Shown one piece after another: positions 40,343 to 55,779 of a stretch of 64,000 bases of DNA. The stretch covers positions 78,182,001-78,246,000 of the forward strand of contig OX597831.1 in assembly GCA_951406725.2 (NCBI GenBank), written 5' to 3'. Origin of the DNA: Octopus vulgaris (taxonomy: Eukaryota). The position numbers and the translations under genes are program-made. How positions within the stretch are numbered: position 1 is the first letter of the stretch; each line of letters opens with the position of its first letter. Below the pieces are notes generated by a model that saw only the letters and a program-made list of their open reading frames with translations, searched no databases and was not told the origin of the DNA.

Positions 40343-41064
40343 TTGTTATTCTTTATTGTTACTGCTGCTGTTGTTGTTATTATTTTTTCTACTTCTTACA
40401 ATTTTACTTCCATTTCTTGTCGAGTGTCTTCCCGAAACCTAGGGCAAAGGAACTCACTGTATCCATTGGTAAGCCATTAAAATAAAGACACCAGATTGCT
40501 CCTTTACAAAGACATGTTATTTAAAAGAAAAAAAATAGGAAAAATAAATAAAGTAAAAAAAAAAAAAGCGAAAGAGAAAAATAAAAGAAATGGCGGTATT
40601 TCGTTCCTCCTTATATTCTGATTTCAAATTCCGCCAGGGTCGGCTTTGCCTTTCAACCTTTTGTGGCCCCATAAATTAAGTACCAGCGAAACACTGGGGA
40701 CTATCTAATCGAGTAGGCCCCTTTGTGCCTGTAGTAGAAAGGATTATGATTAAATTTATTATCCTTATTTACATTTTTATTCTTTTCCTTCTTGCTTTTA
40801 TGGTTGTGAATGTCCGCGTGTGACAGGCTGACATATCCGTTTATATAGAAAGAGATAGTTGCGATGACATTAAACATGGCTTCAATTAAGCCATCAACAA
40901 CACAAATGGTACACACTCCCTTAACACTTATAAACTCTTAACAGACCGGATTACATAATAATGCATACTTTGCATTGCTATATACATATGTATCTACACA
41001 CATACATGCATATCTTCATATGTATGCATTTATGAACATATGTGCATATACACACGTGTATGTA

Positions 41065-41114
<50 letters not shown>

Positions 41115-41161
41115 ACATATTTGTAAAGACACACACCGACACACACAAGCACACACAAACA

Positions 41162-41226
<65 letters not shown>

Positions 41227-41347
41227 GTTGTATGCGTGTTTTTGAATTTGCACGCGAAGAGGAAACAATTTAGTTACTAAATAAGGAATCACAAATATTT
41301 ACTCTAAATATATCTAAGTTGTAGGCGGCCAGTCTCTCCCTCCCCCT

Positions 41348-41395
<48 letters not shown>

Positions 41396-41418
41396 GTCTG
41401 TCTGTCTGTCTATCTATG

Positions 41419-41488
<70 letters not shown>

Positions 41489-41513
41489 CATTATATCTAT
41501 CTATATCTATCAA

Positions 41514-41676
<163 letters not shown>

Positions 41677-41695
41677 GTCTGTCTGTCTGTCTATG

Positions 41696-41746
<51 letters not shown>

Positions 41747-41767
41747 GTCTGTCTGTCTGTCTATGTA

Positions 41768-41802
<35 letters not shown>

Positions 41803-41869
41803 ATATATATCCAAACATACGTATAAGCCCATACTTGCCCTCATAAATACATGCACATACAAACGCAAA

Positions 41870-41907
<38 letters not shown>

Positions 41908-42228
41908 CACACTCACGCACACCTGAACACCCACACATCCACACACACGCATATATGAATGGCTTGATGTTCTCATTCTGCGTAGTTTCTATACAATGCC
42001 CGGTTTCCGCTTTTTTAAACTTCCTCCAACTCTACACATGGCGCCTTCCAATGGCGTCATCTCCGTAAACTCTCTGTGGCTGTCAGTGAATGTCGGACAA
42101 CTCCTGCACCACTCATTCGACACGAACCCAATGACGATAAGGTACTTCTTGGAACTCTTAATTGTCCTGCAATGAAAGGAAAATGGACGAAGGGTTACTC
42201 AGCCAACAGGGGAAACTTTAACGAACTA

Positions 42229-42496
42229 CAGTAACCCCTCGCCATATCACGGTTCACCTATCGCTGTTCACCTATCGCTGTTCACCTATCGCGATTTACT
42301 TATCACAGTTTATTATTTAAGCTTACGTCAATTCTTCTGTGGTGTTGTTTTGCGTTTATAATAAAATAAATATATACAAATTATAAGAGTAACAAAAAAT
42401 AAAATATTACAGTAGAGTACTGATTCTTCTTCACGGATTTTCACCTGTCGCGTGGTGTTTTGGAACGTAACACCCGCGATTGTCGAGTGATTACTG
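42229..42496. mobile_element. Tigger/pogo-like MITE
   Basis: TA|CAGTAACCCCTCG ... CGAGTGATTACTG|TA; internal 14-bp tandem GTTCACCTATCGCT x3. Confidence 0.8.
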
Positions 42497-42508
42497 TATA
42501 TCATTTAA

Positions 42509-42909
42509 CTAGCAGTATCGCCCGGCGTTGCTCGGGTTCGTTCTGACCCTTTAGAATTGGAACTTTTCAAAAGTAAAAATTTTGCATTATGTAGCTTGTT
42601 ATTCTTTTTAAGTGAACATTTTTCTGGTTGAAATACACCGAAAAATGGCGACACAGCAGTGAAAAAATCGTAAAAAATAGGGATTTTCATAGAAAAAAAG
42701 CGCCTACATCAAAAGATGTAAATAATTTTTGGTGTTTTTGATGTAAATAATTTTTTCTTCTACGGAAGGAGGAGCAGGCCTTTTTTTTTTTTTTTATCAT
42801 ACTCTCAATTTTGGACAACTTGCGCCGCAGGGTCTCAGAGGAGATAGTGTTAGTTGACGGCTACCAAACCTGCCATACACAGACAACTTCAGATTTATAC
42901 AAAGAGAGA
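42509..42909 (-). mobile_element. Non-autonomous Helitron-like element, copy 2
   Basis: Colinear with 32331-32708; TC...hairpin...CTAG termini. Confidence 0.75.
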
Positions 42910-43204
42910 TATGCGAAGGTGTGTTTCCTGGAGCTTACAGCGTTGCATTCATGATCGCTAGATCCTGAGTTCGATTCCTGGACCGATTCACGAGTTGTTT
43001 TTTTTAGTAAATCGCTTCATTTTACGTGTCTCCAATCCACTTGGCCGTAAAATGTCTTACCCTACGATAGACTAGCTTTCCAATCAGTGTTGGTCTGCTC
43101 GCCTAGTGACATCATTCGAAAGTTAAAACGATCGTAAGCGAATTGATTCATTCAATGATTAAATTATTTAATTGTTCAGTTTATTGTTTTGTTTCTTTTT
43201 CATT

Positions 43205-43270
<66 letters not shown>

Positions 43271-43470
43271 TGAGTGTGTGTATATATATATATAGTACAA
43301 AGTAAGATAGGGGTTATGAGGGTAACCCACTATGGGATATCAGTTATCCAATATATACTGTTGGTAAAGTACCCAAATAGGAAATACATAAATGCATATA
43401 ATTGCAATGCAATTAATTCATTTATTGTATTGAATGGGTGAAGGTAAAAAGTATTTTACCGTAAATTCAT

Positions 43471-43869
43471 AATACAAATAAGAAAATGGAGAAAGAAATT
43501 CATTTCGATCATCAACGTACAGGAAATTACAATTTCATATTATTTATCAATTATATAAATAGGAACATGAAAATCGAACAAAACAATATACAACAATATG
43601 CAAATTAATAAAATAATGCAAATAAACTGCTCCTTACAGCTGTTTCAGCCTATGGTCAAGAGGTAATCGACCTTAAATTGCTCATAAATTTATTTGATTT
43701 TGCGGATATATACTTTAATATCCATACAATAGGAATGTAAACACTGTGAAATCTAATATACATCATAACGATTTTCAAGTTCCTATTTATATAATTAATA
43801 AATAATATGAAATTGTAATATCCGTAAGTTGATGATCGAAATGAATTTGTTCCGCCATTTTCTTATTTG

Positions 43870-43873
<4 letters not shown>
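43471..43873. repeat. Fold-back with about 105-bp inverted arms (PLE-like remnant)
   Basis: 43471-43576 is the reverse complement of 43769-43873; the spacer holds a half-HHR GAAA-CAGCTG-TA on the minus strand. Confidence 0.75.
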
Positions 43874-43952
<79 letters not shown>

Positions 43953-44039
43953 TATATACATATGTATATATGCATATATATATATATACAAATATATATA
44001 TATACACATATATATATATATACATACATACATACATAC

Positions 44040-44070
<31 letters not shown>

Positions 44071-44526
44071 TATAAATATATATATATATATATCCCCACT
44101 ATCTGATGGCGCTTGGTCAGAGGTGAAGGCTTGTGGCATTTGGTAAATCTATCGAATATGGTGTTGACGAAGGAAATCAAGCAATTTCTAGCTTGTGATC
44201 TAGAAACATGTTCACCATTCACGGTATGAGATTGTTTTCGTTTATTGGCTACTCCGATTTTGCGTATGTGAATCGCAGGGTTTGTCGTATATGGAACCTC
44301 CACTTGTAGAAAATGGAAAAAACATTCTTTGACTGCCATTTCTAATTCCTTCGGTATGCGGCAAAGCAGCCTGTTGCCCGCCCTTCTAATTATTTTTACT
44401 ATATACTGAACTTTACAGAAGTTCCTGACGCTGAAATTGTCATATTTACATACCGAAATTTACCGTAAATAATTGTTGGTTGTATGAAAAACCACTGAAA
44501 AATTATTTACCATCTTTATTGTATAC

Positions 44527-44651
<125 letters not shown>

Positions 44652-44907
44652 CATATATATACATATATGCACACACACACACATATATATATAATATAGC
44701 ATAAAATTTTTAGAAAAAATTTTATCAATGGCCAGCATATTAAAAAATACCTTTAAAGGCTAAGTTTTTAGTTCGAATCGCAGGTGTCTCGTATGCGCTG
44801 GAGAATTTCTATTGTGGATACATTTAGGGTACTTAGTTGTGCTCATGACTTAGTGTTTGCTTCTTCCAAGGGTATGAGTAAGTATTTCAGTTATTCCTTT
44901 GCCGCAT

Positions 44908-44968
44908 TTATCACTGACGAACGGAATTTTCTTATGAACTAACTCTGAAATCGGGTCCGATATGTTAA
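44908..44968 (+). ncRNA. Candidate type I hammerhead with extended stem II
   Basis: TTATCA-CTGACGA...GAAA-TCGGGTCCGA-TA-TGTTAA; stem III ATCGG/CCGAT; one mismatch in stem I. Confidence 0.45.
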
Positions 44969-45108
44969 TAACGGAATTTTTTTAGAAATTTCTATCGGCT
45001 GTCTTAGAAACACGTACTTATAGTGATGAATTATATGGTTATGGACAATGTGTCTAGTTTCGGCATATTTGGCATTAGAAAATTTTTCATTTGCCCTTGT
45101 TTATAAGT

Positions 45109-45170
<62 letters not shown>

Positions 45171-45834
45171 CATACATATACATACATATATATACATATA
45201 TATATGTGTGTGTATAAAATTATGTGAGTGAGTGAAGAATTGAAAGCAGCACTCCCTTATTCTATAGGCTAGTCTTCCGAAATTTTGCATGTATTTTTAT
45301 AACCTTAATTAATGTTGTTTAATTGGAATTTCTTGATTAGTATTTCACTTTTGAGATTTGTGAAATCCGGTTTTGTTAATATACAAGTGAGTCAGTAAGC
45401 TAATTACTCCCTAATGACAGGAAAAAGTCTAATTTTGTGGTCCCAATAGACTCTCACTTTGTTCTGCGGGAAAACAAAACTGCAACTGATGGTGAGAATA
45501 CGAAGGTACACCTTATTCATCATTATTGCCAGCTCAATTCTGCTATACCTTTGTAGTGGCAGTCATAGGCTTCAGTTAGGGGTCAAATAGCCGATGATGG
45601 CTCTGTGGTTAAGGCTTCAAAACTTCGAACCTAACACTGCTTGTATGGGAACATGTCCTTAGGCTATAGAAGTTGTCAAAATAACGTTCTTTTAACTGCA
45701 GCACCTAACTGGATAAGACATCGTCCGAAAACATCGACATTTTAAGGCACTGACCTAGCAGGTCTGTGCCCCAGCATGGCTGCGGTCTAATGACTGAATC
45801 AGATAGGGGGCATATATGTATGTATGTATGTGTG

Positions 45835-45866
<32 letters not shown>

Positions 45867-45874
45867 ATAAAATA

Positions 45875-46122
45875 AATGCGCCCTTTTAAAGCCTAGCCAG
45901 GCTCATAGGCCCGGTTTCCCGGTTTCTAAGGCGTTTGTGTTCCCCAGCTGGACGGGACGCCAGTCCATCGCAGCCTTACTCATTTTTGCCAGCTGAGTGG
46001 ACTGGAGCAATGTGAAATGAAGTGTTTTGCTCAAGAACATAAAGCGCCGTCCGGTCCAGGAATCGAAACCACAATCTTACGTTCATGGTGCTGACACCCT
46101 CATCACTAAGCTACGCGCCTCC
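45875..46122 (-). mobile_element. SINE family B variant
   Basis: Minus-strand tRNA head GGCGCGTAGCTTAGTG...GGTTTCGATTCC and TTCTTGAGCAAAACACTTCATTTCAC domain. Confidence 0.85.
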
Positions 46123-46136
46123 ACTACGTATGTATG

Positions 46137-46372
46137 TACTCTTTTACTCTTTTACTCTTTTACTCTTTTACTTGATTCAGTCATTTGACTGCGGCCATGC
46201 TGGAGCGCCGCCTTTAATCGAGCAACTCGACTCCGGGACTTATTCATTTTGTAAGCCCTGTACTTATTCTATCGGTCTCTTTTGCCGAACCGCTAAGTGA
46301 CGGGGACATAAACACACCAGCATCGGTTGTCAAGCAATGCTAGGAGGACAAACACAGTCACACAAACACACA

Positions 46373-46413
<41 letters not shown>

Positions 46414-46577
46414 GACGGGCTTCTTTCCGTTTCCGTCTACCAAATCCACTCACAAGGCTTTGGTCGGCCCGAGGCTATAGTAGAAGACACTTGCCCAAAT
46501 TGCCACGCAGTGGGACTGAACCCGGAACCATGTGGTTCGTAAGCAAGCTACTTACCACACAGCCATTCCTACGCCTA
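46137..46577 (-). mobile_element. SINE family A, full length
   Basis: Near-identical reverse complement of 20098-20524, with (TACTCTTT)n tail repeats. Confidence 0.93.
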
Positions 46578-47071
46578 TGTACGTTTACTTAAAATTACCA
46601 TCGCATCTAACGTTAAAATAAATATACATATAAGAAGACCTCTGCACACAACATTTACATGTCCATAGAACGAGATCAAGCAAGTTCTTGAAAGCTCAGC
46701 TTTTCTATAGAATAATATTTGAAATGCCGTTTTTCTTTTATATAGGTTGCGTCACTCAGCAGCCATTTTGAATTCACGCAAAAGGAGAGGAGTTATGTTA
46801 AGTACTTTGTCCAAGGTCAGCAAAGAAAATCTTGTAACAAAATCTGAACGCACGGTCCATTTGCTGAGTGAGGTGATACTGTTTTCAGAATGGCTTTTGA
46901 GTCCCTATGAACAACAGCACAACAAAACAACCCTAAATGTATAGATAAATGTGTATGTATATATATGCATGTATGTATGTATGTATGTATGTATGTATGT
47001 ATGTATGTATGTATGTATGTATGTATGTATGTATGTATGTATGTATGTATGTATGTATGTATGTATGTATG

Positions 47072-47121
<50 letters not shown>

Positions 47122-47192
47122 CATGCATACATATATATATAAAATACAAAATGGAACAAGAACGCAAAACATCCGGACAACTAGTTGATATG

Positions 47193-47251
<59 letters not shown>

Positions 47252-47578
47252 GTACATATATACATTTACATATATATATACACAAAATCTCACACGAGCA
47301 CATATATATATTATCCTCATTTTAAAGTTCGTTGGTCTTGACACCTTTTCTTCCCTCTCCTTTATTCCAAGAGATGTACATATACATTTTTCGCACACAC
47401 ATAAATATATATACGTACATATATACATGCACACATAGACAAACATATATGTATATACACATGCATATATATATATACATAAGTTTTATTCCCAGACAGC
47501 AGCAAAACACACACATACGTGCAAATATAAATAAATATATATATACATTATATATATGTATATATATGTATATATATG

Positions 47579-47750
<172 letters not shown>

Positions 47751-48233
47751 CCTGTATGCATCCTTGAATCGCGTCTCTCCTTCCTGGTCATGATATATTG
47801 TCAATTTACATAAATATCTCTTCAGGTAAACCAGCAGGAGACAGCTACAGTGGGACAACACATATATCTTCACATAGACCCTCCCGACCAAAACCTAATA
47901 TATGCTTGTTTGTTTGTTTCCTTCTTCTTTTATTACCTTTAGCACTGCTTTGTTTCGTTAGGTTTTCTTTTATTTTATTTTATTCACTTATAATTTATCT
48001 ATTTACTTGTTTATTTATTTCTTTATATGTTTTATGCATTCTTAGGACATTCAGAAAGTGCAAGTGGTGCTCTATTTTATGTGTTAAAAACGATTGTCCA
48101 ATCATTAAGATGTCTGACCATAAATTATGTTATGTTATGTATATATGTATGTATGTATGTATATATGTATCTATCTATCTCTAGTTATACATATATATAT
48201 ATACAAATATACATGTATATAAAAAGGATATAT

Positions 48234-48283
<50 letters not shown>

Positions 48284-49109
48284 GTACATATATACATATA
48301 TACATTCTACGTGTGAGTGTGTGTATACATGAATATATATGTCTATATATATATATATGTATATATGCATGTATATATATATATACAAATTTCCATTATA
48401 TATATGTAAAAGCATACACACAGGCATACACACACACACACACGCACACACACACATATATATATATATATATGCTATTGAAAGACATACATACACACAT
48501 ATACATATATATATATATACACCAATGTATCAACGTACATACATATATGTATATGGGGCTTATGAATGTATGTATGTATGTATGCATGTATGTATGTATG
48601 CGTGTATGTATGTATGTATGTATGCATGTATGTATGTATATATGTATGCATGTATGTATGTATATATGTATGTATGTATGCATGTATCTATACATGGAGG
48701 TTTTGTATCTTTGAAGTTTCACTGCGTACCTCTCCATTCTTACCAATTCGATCGCATGTGTCAATGGCGTAACACACACATACTCACACACACAAACCCA
48801 CACACATACAGACTTATGTACATGCATATATATATTTGATACATTACTTATATGCCTGTACATTCCCACACACACTGATGTGTTCTAGGCTATCTTCGTA
48901 ATTGTTTAAGCCTCAATCTGGAGGATGTCAGATTTTTATGTAAAGATTGGAACAAACTAACACGGATTTTACACATGCAATCTCTTAAGTGGAGAAATGA
49001 AAATATGCAAGACTTTTTAAAGTTCAAAATATAAGGATTATCGTTGATATTATACAAATCAAATCGTGGGCCTCTTTTTTGTTAGAAACCAGCTCCCTAA
49101 ATCTTAAAA

Positions 49110-49274
49110 GTTGCTGTGTGGTAAATAGCTTGCTTACCAATCACATGGTTCCGGGTTCAGTCCCACTGTGTGACACCTTGGGCAAGTGTCTTCTAATACA
49201 GCCTTGGGCCGACCAAAGCCTTGTGAGTGGATTTTTTAGTAAACATAAACTTAAAGAAGCCCTTCGTATATATG

Positions 49275-49373
<99 letters not shown>

Positions 49374-49480
49374 GTTTATGTGTTTGTGTTTGTCCCCCCA
49401 ACATCACTTGAGAACCGATGGTGGTGTGTTTGTGTCCCCGTAACTTAGCGGTTCGGCAAAGAGACAGATAGAATAAGTCC
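49110..49480 (+). mobile_element. SINE family A, 3' truncated
   Basis: Head, body, internal microsatellite, partial tail. Confidence 0.88.
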
Positions 49481-50057
49481 TAAACCGTGTTAAACCTTCT
49501 GGTTCAGTTTATCTACAGGATGCTTGATGAAATATGGACAAACTGCAGAAAGGATGACTTCTTTTCACATTGGATTTCTTTACAAAATAAGACTAAAAGT
49601 AAATTAGAATTCTGACGTTCTGTAGAAAAATCGGGCGAGAGGTTGAGAGGAAGGGAAGAAGAGAGTAAGAGAGAAACAGTGAGAGAGAGAGGGAGAGGGA
49701 GTCAGAGAAATGGAGAGAGATGAAGGAAGAGAGTGAGAGACTTAAGCTCGTGAGAGTGTGCGTCTGTTTACCTCCAGTGACAAAAAGCACTGTCGCATAA
49801 TAAGATTTATTATCCAGTCAGCCGCATCAAATCGCCAGTATCCAGAAGTCACGCAATCGATTATTTCCGGTCGATTTGTCATCGGGATTGATTTTAATCA
49901 AAGTTGATCCCAAGGAAGTTAAATCCGACAATCCATTTTGTTTTGTTTTTTTTTCCTAATTCAACTCTTTCCGAGCAAAAACATGATTGAAAATCATTCT
50001 AGCTATAACTTGCCTCCATTCATATTTTATTTATTTTAAAGCGTTTCAGGTATCTTT

Positions 50058-51142
50058 TGTTTACTTGTTTCAGTGCTTCGACTGCGGCCATGCTGGAGCA
50101 CCACCTTTTGTCGACGAAATCCACCTCAGGACTTATTCTTTGTAAGCCTAGCACTTACTTTATCGGCATATTTTGCCGAACCGCTAGATGACGGGGATGT
50201 AAACACACTAGCATCGGTTGTCAAGCAATGGTGGGGGGCAAACACACACACACACACACACAAACATACACACAATACACACACACAATACACACGCACT
50301 CAAACACACATATATGTGCAGGAGTGACTGTGGTAAGTAGCTTGCTAACCAACCACATGGTTCTGGGGTTCACTCCCACTGCGTGGCATCTTTGGCAAGT
50401 GTCTTCTGCTATAGCCTCGGGCCGACCAATGCCTTGTGAGTGGATTTGGTAGACGGAAACTGAAAGAAGCCTGTCGTTTATATGTATATATATATATGTG
50501 TGTATGTATGTGTGTTTGTGTGTCTGTGTTTGTCCCCTAGCATTGCTTGACAACCGATGCTGGTGTGTTTACGTCCCCGTCACTTAGCGGTTCGGCAAAA
50601 GAGACCGATAGAATAAGTACTGAGCTTACAAAGAATAAGTCCCGGGCTCGATTTGCTCGACTAAAGGCGGTGCTACAGCATGGCCGCAGTCAAATGACTG
50701 AAACAAGTAAAAGAGTAAAAGAGTAAAGAGTAATATATTAATAGTGGCTGTGTGGTAAGTAGCTTGCTTACCAGCCACATGGTTCCGGGTTCAGTCCCAC
50801 TGCGTGGCATCTTGGGCAAGTGTTTTCACCTATAGCCTCGGGCCAACCAATGCCTTGTGAGTGGATTTGGTACGCGGAAACTGAAAGAAGCCTGTCGTAT
50901 ATATGTATATATATGTGCATGTGTGTGTATGTTTGTGGGTCTGTGTTTGTCCCCCTAGCATTGCTTGACAACCGATGCTGGTGTGTTTACGTCCCCGTCA
51001 CTTAGCGGTTCGGCAAAAGAGACCGATAGAATAAGTACTGGGCTTACAAAGAATAAGTCCCGGGGTCGATTTGCTCGTCTAAATGCGGTGCTCCAGCATG
51101 GCCACAGTCAAATGACTGAAACAAGTAAAAGAGATAAAAGAT
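50058..51142. mobile_element. SINE family A cluster: one reverse half copy and two forward full copies
   Basis: 50058-50260 (-), 50317-50731 (+), 50743-51142 (+). Confidence 0.92.
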
Positions 51143-51144
51143 AT

Positions 51145-51213
<69 letters not shown>

Positions 51214-51260
51214 ATATATATATATATGTGTATATGTATATATATGAATATAAATATATG

Positions 51261-51302
<42 letters not shown>

Positions 51303-51362
51303 TAAGTATGCGTGTGTATGTATATGTATCTACATATATATACATGTATATATATATATGCA

Positions 51363-51404
<42 letters not shown>

Positions 51405-51409
<5 letters not shown>

Positions 51410-51580
51410 AATTTACAAAAAAATAAACAAAGAAAACGCTCAGACTTGTGTGTAAAGAACAAACAGATGTATTAGTTTAACGCTGGGAAAGTGAGGAAGT
51501 CCTTTACGTTTCGAGCCTACGCTCTTCAACAGAAAGGAGCGCAAAAATAAACAGAGTAAGAAACTAAATAAATAAATAAA
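51405..51580 (-). mobile_element. PLE-like remnant with minimal HHR (U6 variant)
   Basis: Minus strand CTTT-CTGTTGA-A-GAGC-GTAG-GCTC-GAAA-CG-TA-AAGG at 51501-51537; same family as 39365-39530 and 60780-60945. Confidence 0.65.
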
Positions 51581-51956
51581 TATATATACATACATACAAA
51601 CATATATATATATATATATACACATACATACATACATACATACATACATACATACATACATACATACATACGTATATACATATATACATGCATATATATA
51701 TACATGAATGACTCATAGAAAACTAGTTTCTCTTCCTTTTTTCCCCCAAATTATCGAATTATCTAGGGAGGACAGAAGACTTCTTGTAACAATCACTGAA
51801 ACAGTCATTACAACTGTTATTGTAATAGTCATTTTCTTCTCAGGAAACCCACGCTCTCACTGTCAATTGTGTCATTTCCCTTAAGTTTGGAGATTTTCCC
51901 ATTTTCATTTAAACTGAAATAGTAACGAAATTATATATATACAGAGAGAGAGAGAC

Positions 51957-51997
<41 letters not shown>

Positions 51998-52181
51998 GAT
52001 AGATAAATAGATACATACATACATACATACATATATATATATATATATCAATATTTATATATATAATATATTATATATATATATATATATATATACATAC
52101 GTATATATATGTATACACGTGTGAAATTTGACTGTTGTCTGCTGTTGCTGCCATCTACAATTGTTTTCATATATGCGTAGG

Positions 52182-52258
<77 letters not shown>

Positions 52259-52969
52259 GTATGTTTATATATATATATATATATATGCGTGTGCGAGTAT
52301 ATGTATGTATATACATACATATGTATGTATATATATATATATATATATATATGCATATATGTATGTATATGTATGCTTGTATGTATGTATGTATATACGT
52401 ATGTATGTATGTGTGTGTTTGTGTGTGTATGTGCATGCGTATACCTCTCGGGGCACATACACACACACATACTTATACACGTGTATGTGTGTGAATGTGT
52501 GAATACATACATACACGTACATATATATATATATAAATACATGTATGTATGTGTGTCTTTGCATGTGTGTGTTTGTGTATGTATGCGTGTGTGTGCGTGT
52601 ATGTATTCGTCTGTGTGTTCGCCTTGTTAGAAGTGAATAATGTCAACATCAATTTGAACATGCTTTGTTTTTATCCTTTTTTCGTTGTTGTTCTTTAAAT
52701 AGGGATTGGCTCGTTAACGACATCGGATTGACTCATCTTTCTGCCTTTGTCAAGTGCCATGTCTTCACCTAAAATTTGTTATCAAAGACACCGCCATTGT
52801 ACTCCCACAAAGGTATTCTTTGCAATCACTAACTGTGACGTAATAACGCCGGACCACTTCCGCTGTCACTTGAAAAACATTATGTTACAACAACAACAGT
52901 CGGAAATACCCGAAAAGCCTGAGAGCTAATGTGCTCCAACGAATCATCACGTTCTCTTCTTCTTCTCCT

Positions 52970-53450
<481 letters not shown>

Positions 53451-54011
53451 TTTCCTTCTTTCTTCAAATTTTCTTCCGTTTCTCGCCGAGTGTTTTCCAT
53501 ACACCTAGGGTAGAGAAGCTCATTGTATGCATTCCCAGATTACACACGCAAATTCACAGGTAAAATATGTATTTAAAAAATACATAAATAAATAAACCGG
53601 ATTGTTATAGAAAATTCCTGAGCTAACTTCGAAATCCTCCTGATTGTTAGTAAGCAATTCCTTTTCCACTGAAAACATGACCAGTTTCCAGTATAATAAT
53701 TCGCTGCATAACTTTGCCGAAATTCTGAGCACTTCATTTACTTCCCTCTTAAGAGGAAACGTGCAAATTTGGAAGAGCTTTCCACTGGCCGTGGAACACT
53801 TAGAGGAGTTTACGTCTAGCAGTGAACCTTTGGAAAATATCTCGAATCCTTTTTACTGGAGCTATCAAGAAAATCGTCAGAAACTCAGTGGAAAAGTTTC
53901 CTGAGATAGGGCGCATATTACATGTAGCTGACATGAATCTTTCATGGCTTTTATTAAGGACACCTTGTTTATATCACTGAATGTCTTCGTAATACGCATA
54001 CCAAAATATGT

Positions 54012-54170
54012 AAGTGTAACTGTGTAGTAAGAATTTTGTCTCCCAAACACACGGTTCCGGGTTCAGTTACCCTGCATGGCATCTAGGGCAACTGTCTTCT
54101 ACTAAAGCCTCGGACCGATCATAACCTTCTGAGTAGAGTTGTTAGGTGGAAACTGAAAGAAGCCCGTCGG

Positions 54171-54222
<52 letters not shown>

Positions 54223-54490
54223 GTGTGTGTATGTGTGCGTGCGTGTGTGTACATGTGTGTGTGTTTGTGTGTGTTTCTGTTTGTGTTTAACTGCCAACAC
54301 CGCTTGACAGGTGGCATTACTGTTTTTACGTTTCCGTACCATAGCGGTTCGGCTAAAGAGACCCATAGAATAAGTGCAATAAGTGCCAGTCATACAAAAA
54401 TTAGTCATGGACTTCATTCGATCGACTAAAATCCTTAAATGCGTTCTCCCAGCATGGCCGCAGTCAAATGGCTGAAGCATGTAGAAGATA
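54012..54490 (+). mobile_element. SINE family A, diverged
   Basis: All modules present, with many substitutions. Confidence 0.85.
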
Positions 54491-55779
54491 TCTTCCTTGT
54501 TCCTCGACTCTTAATTCCAAATTTCTAATCTCACCGAATATTATGTAGAAAGGGTTATCTCCCTTACATTCACTAGCCACCAGGGAGTACAATGCACTTC
54601 GAGAATTCATTTGACTTACTTATCTGTACGTGTCCTATAGAGCGATGAAAAGCACATCCAGTGCTTTGACAGAAGTAGATCTTTGAATCGATCGCCCTGA
54701 ATTTGATCCTTTTTTTATGATCTTTTACTGCCGATGTTTCTGTTTCTGCTAAAAAAACCAAGAGAACATCCAGTTCCTACCCTAACATATTTCTATATAG
54801 AAGATAATTACAGAAAACTTAAGTGATTTGTGCTAATAAAACTTAAGTGATTTGTGCTAATAAATCAAGCAATATTTATTAATTTTCATTTTCCGTCCCA
54901 CACAAAATAAAAAATAAATAAAAATGAGCGGCATTCGAAGAAATATATTTCTGAAGAATCAAAGAATTCTGAGAAGCCAAAGAACAATTGTTGTAAATAG
55001 TTTAATAAAAAAAACTTAATAACAAAGACTGCTATTTAGAAATGAAGAATTTATCCCTAAATTGTTTCCACTTTATTGAAACAATCCTTACAAAATGCCT
55101 TTCTTGGAATTTATACAAATGCAGTTTTTTCAGGAATTATTACTGCGAGCTTATTTTCTAAGATGTATTTTATTGTTAATATTTACGAACATCTTGTTGA
55201 AAGTGCAATTTTGCGTTGTCTCTGATTTGTTTTTCTATTTTTCTGGAGTTTTTTTGGGGTTTTTTTTTCTCTTACATTTAAACGGTTTTAAGACCGTTGC
55301 TCTTCATTTCATTTCAGTTCTTTTCACCCTGGTAATTATATTTTGTTGAATGCTAGCCTTTCTTTCAGGGACACATTTAATGCCTATCGCCTGCAATAGC
55401 AACACAATTTAATGCATATAAATAAAAATACGTAGAGTCTGTCTTTTGAATGTAATTTCTCTGATGTCGCATGTCGGTCATTTAGAGAGACACTTTAAAG
55501 TGAGTTTTGTTTAAAATTTCTTTTGGTGCTAATTTCCATGAACACTTCGAATATTAAAGCTGAATAGAGACTGGAATCTTCCAGTGAGGTACATAACCTC
55601 GGTTTCTACAAGAACATATATTGGTTCCATGAAAACCCTAACACACACACACACGCGCACATACACAGACATACAAACGCACATAAACACACGCACACAC
55701 ACATTCACTCTATCTCTTTCTCTTTTTCTCTCTTTCTCTGAAGTAATATATATATATATTCTTTTATTCGTTTATTCTT

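Noticed and set aside
53644-53904. 86-aa non-repetitive ORF (also the 125-aa ORF at 35183-35560)
   Set aside because: No recognisable motif, and the length is compatible with chance.
54815-54865. 24-bp tandem duplication (also 19-bp at 33894-33932 and mosaic duplications at 61574-62000)
   Set aside because: Ordinary slippage-type duplications with no further structure.
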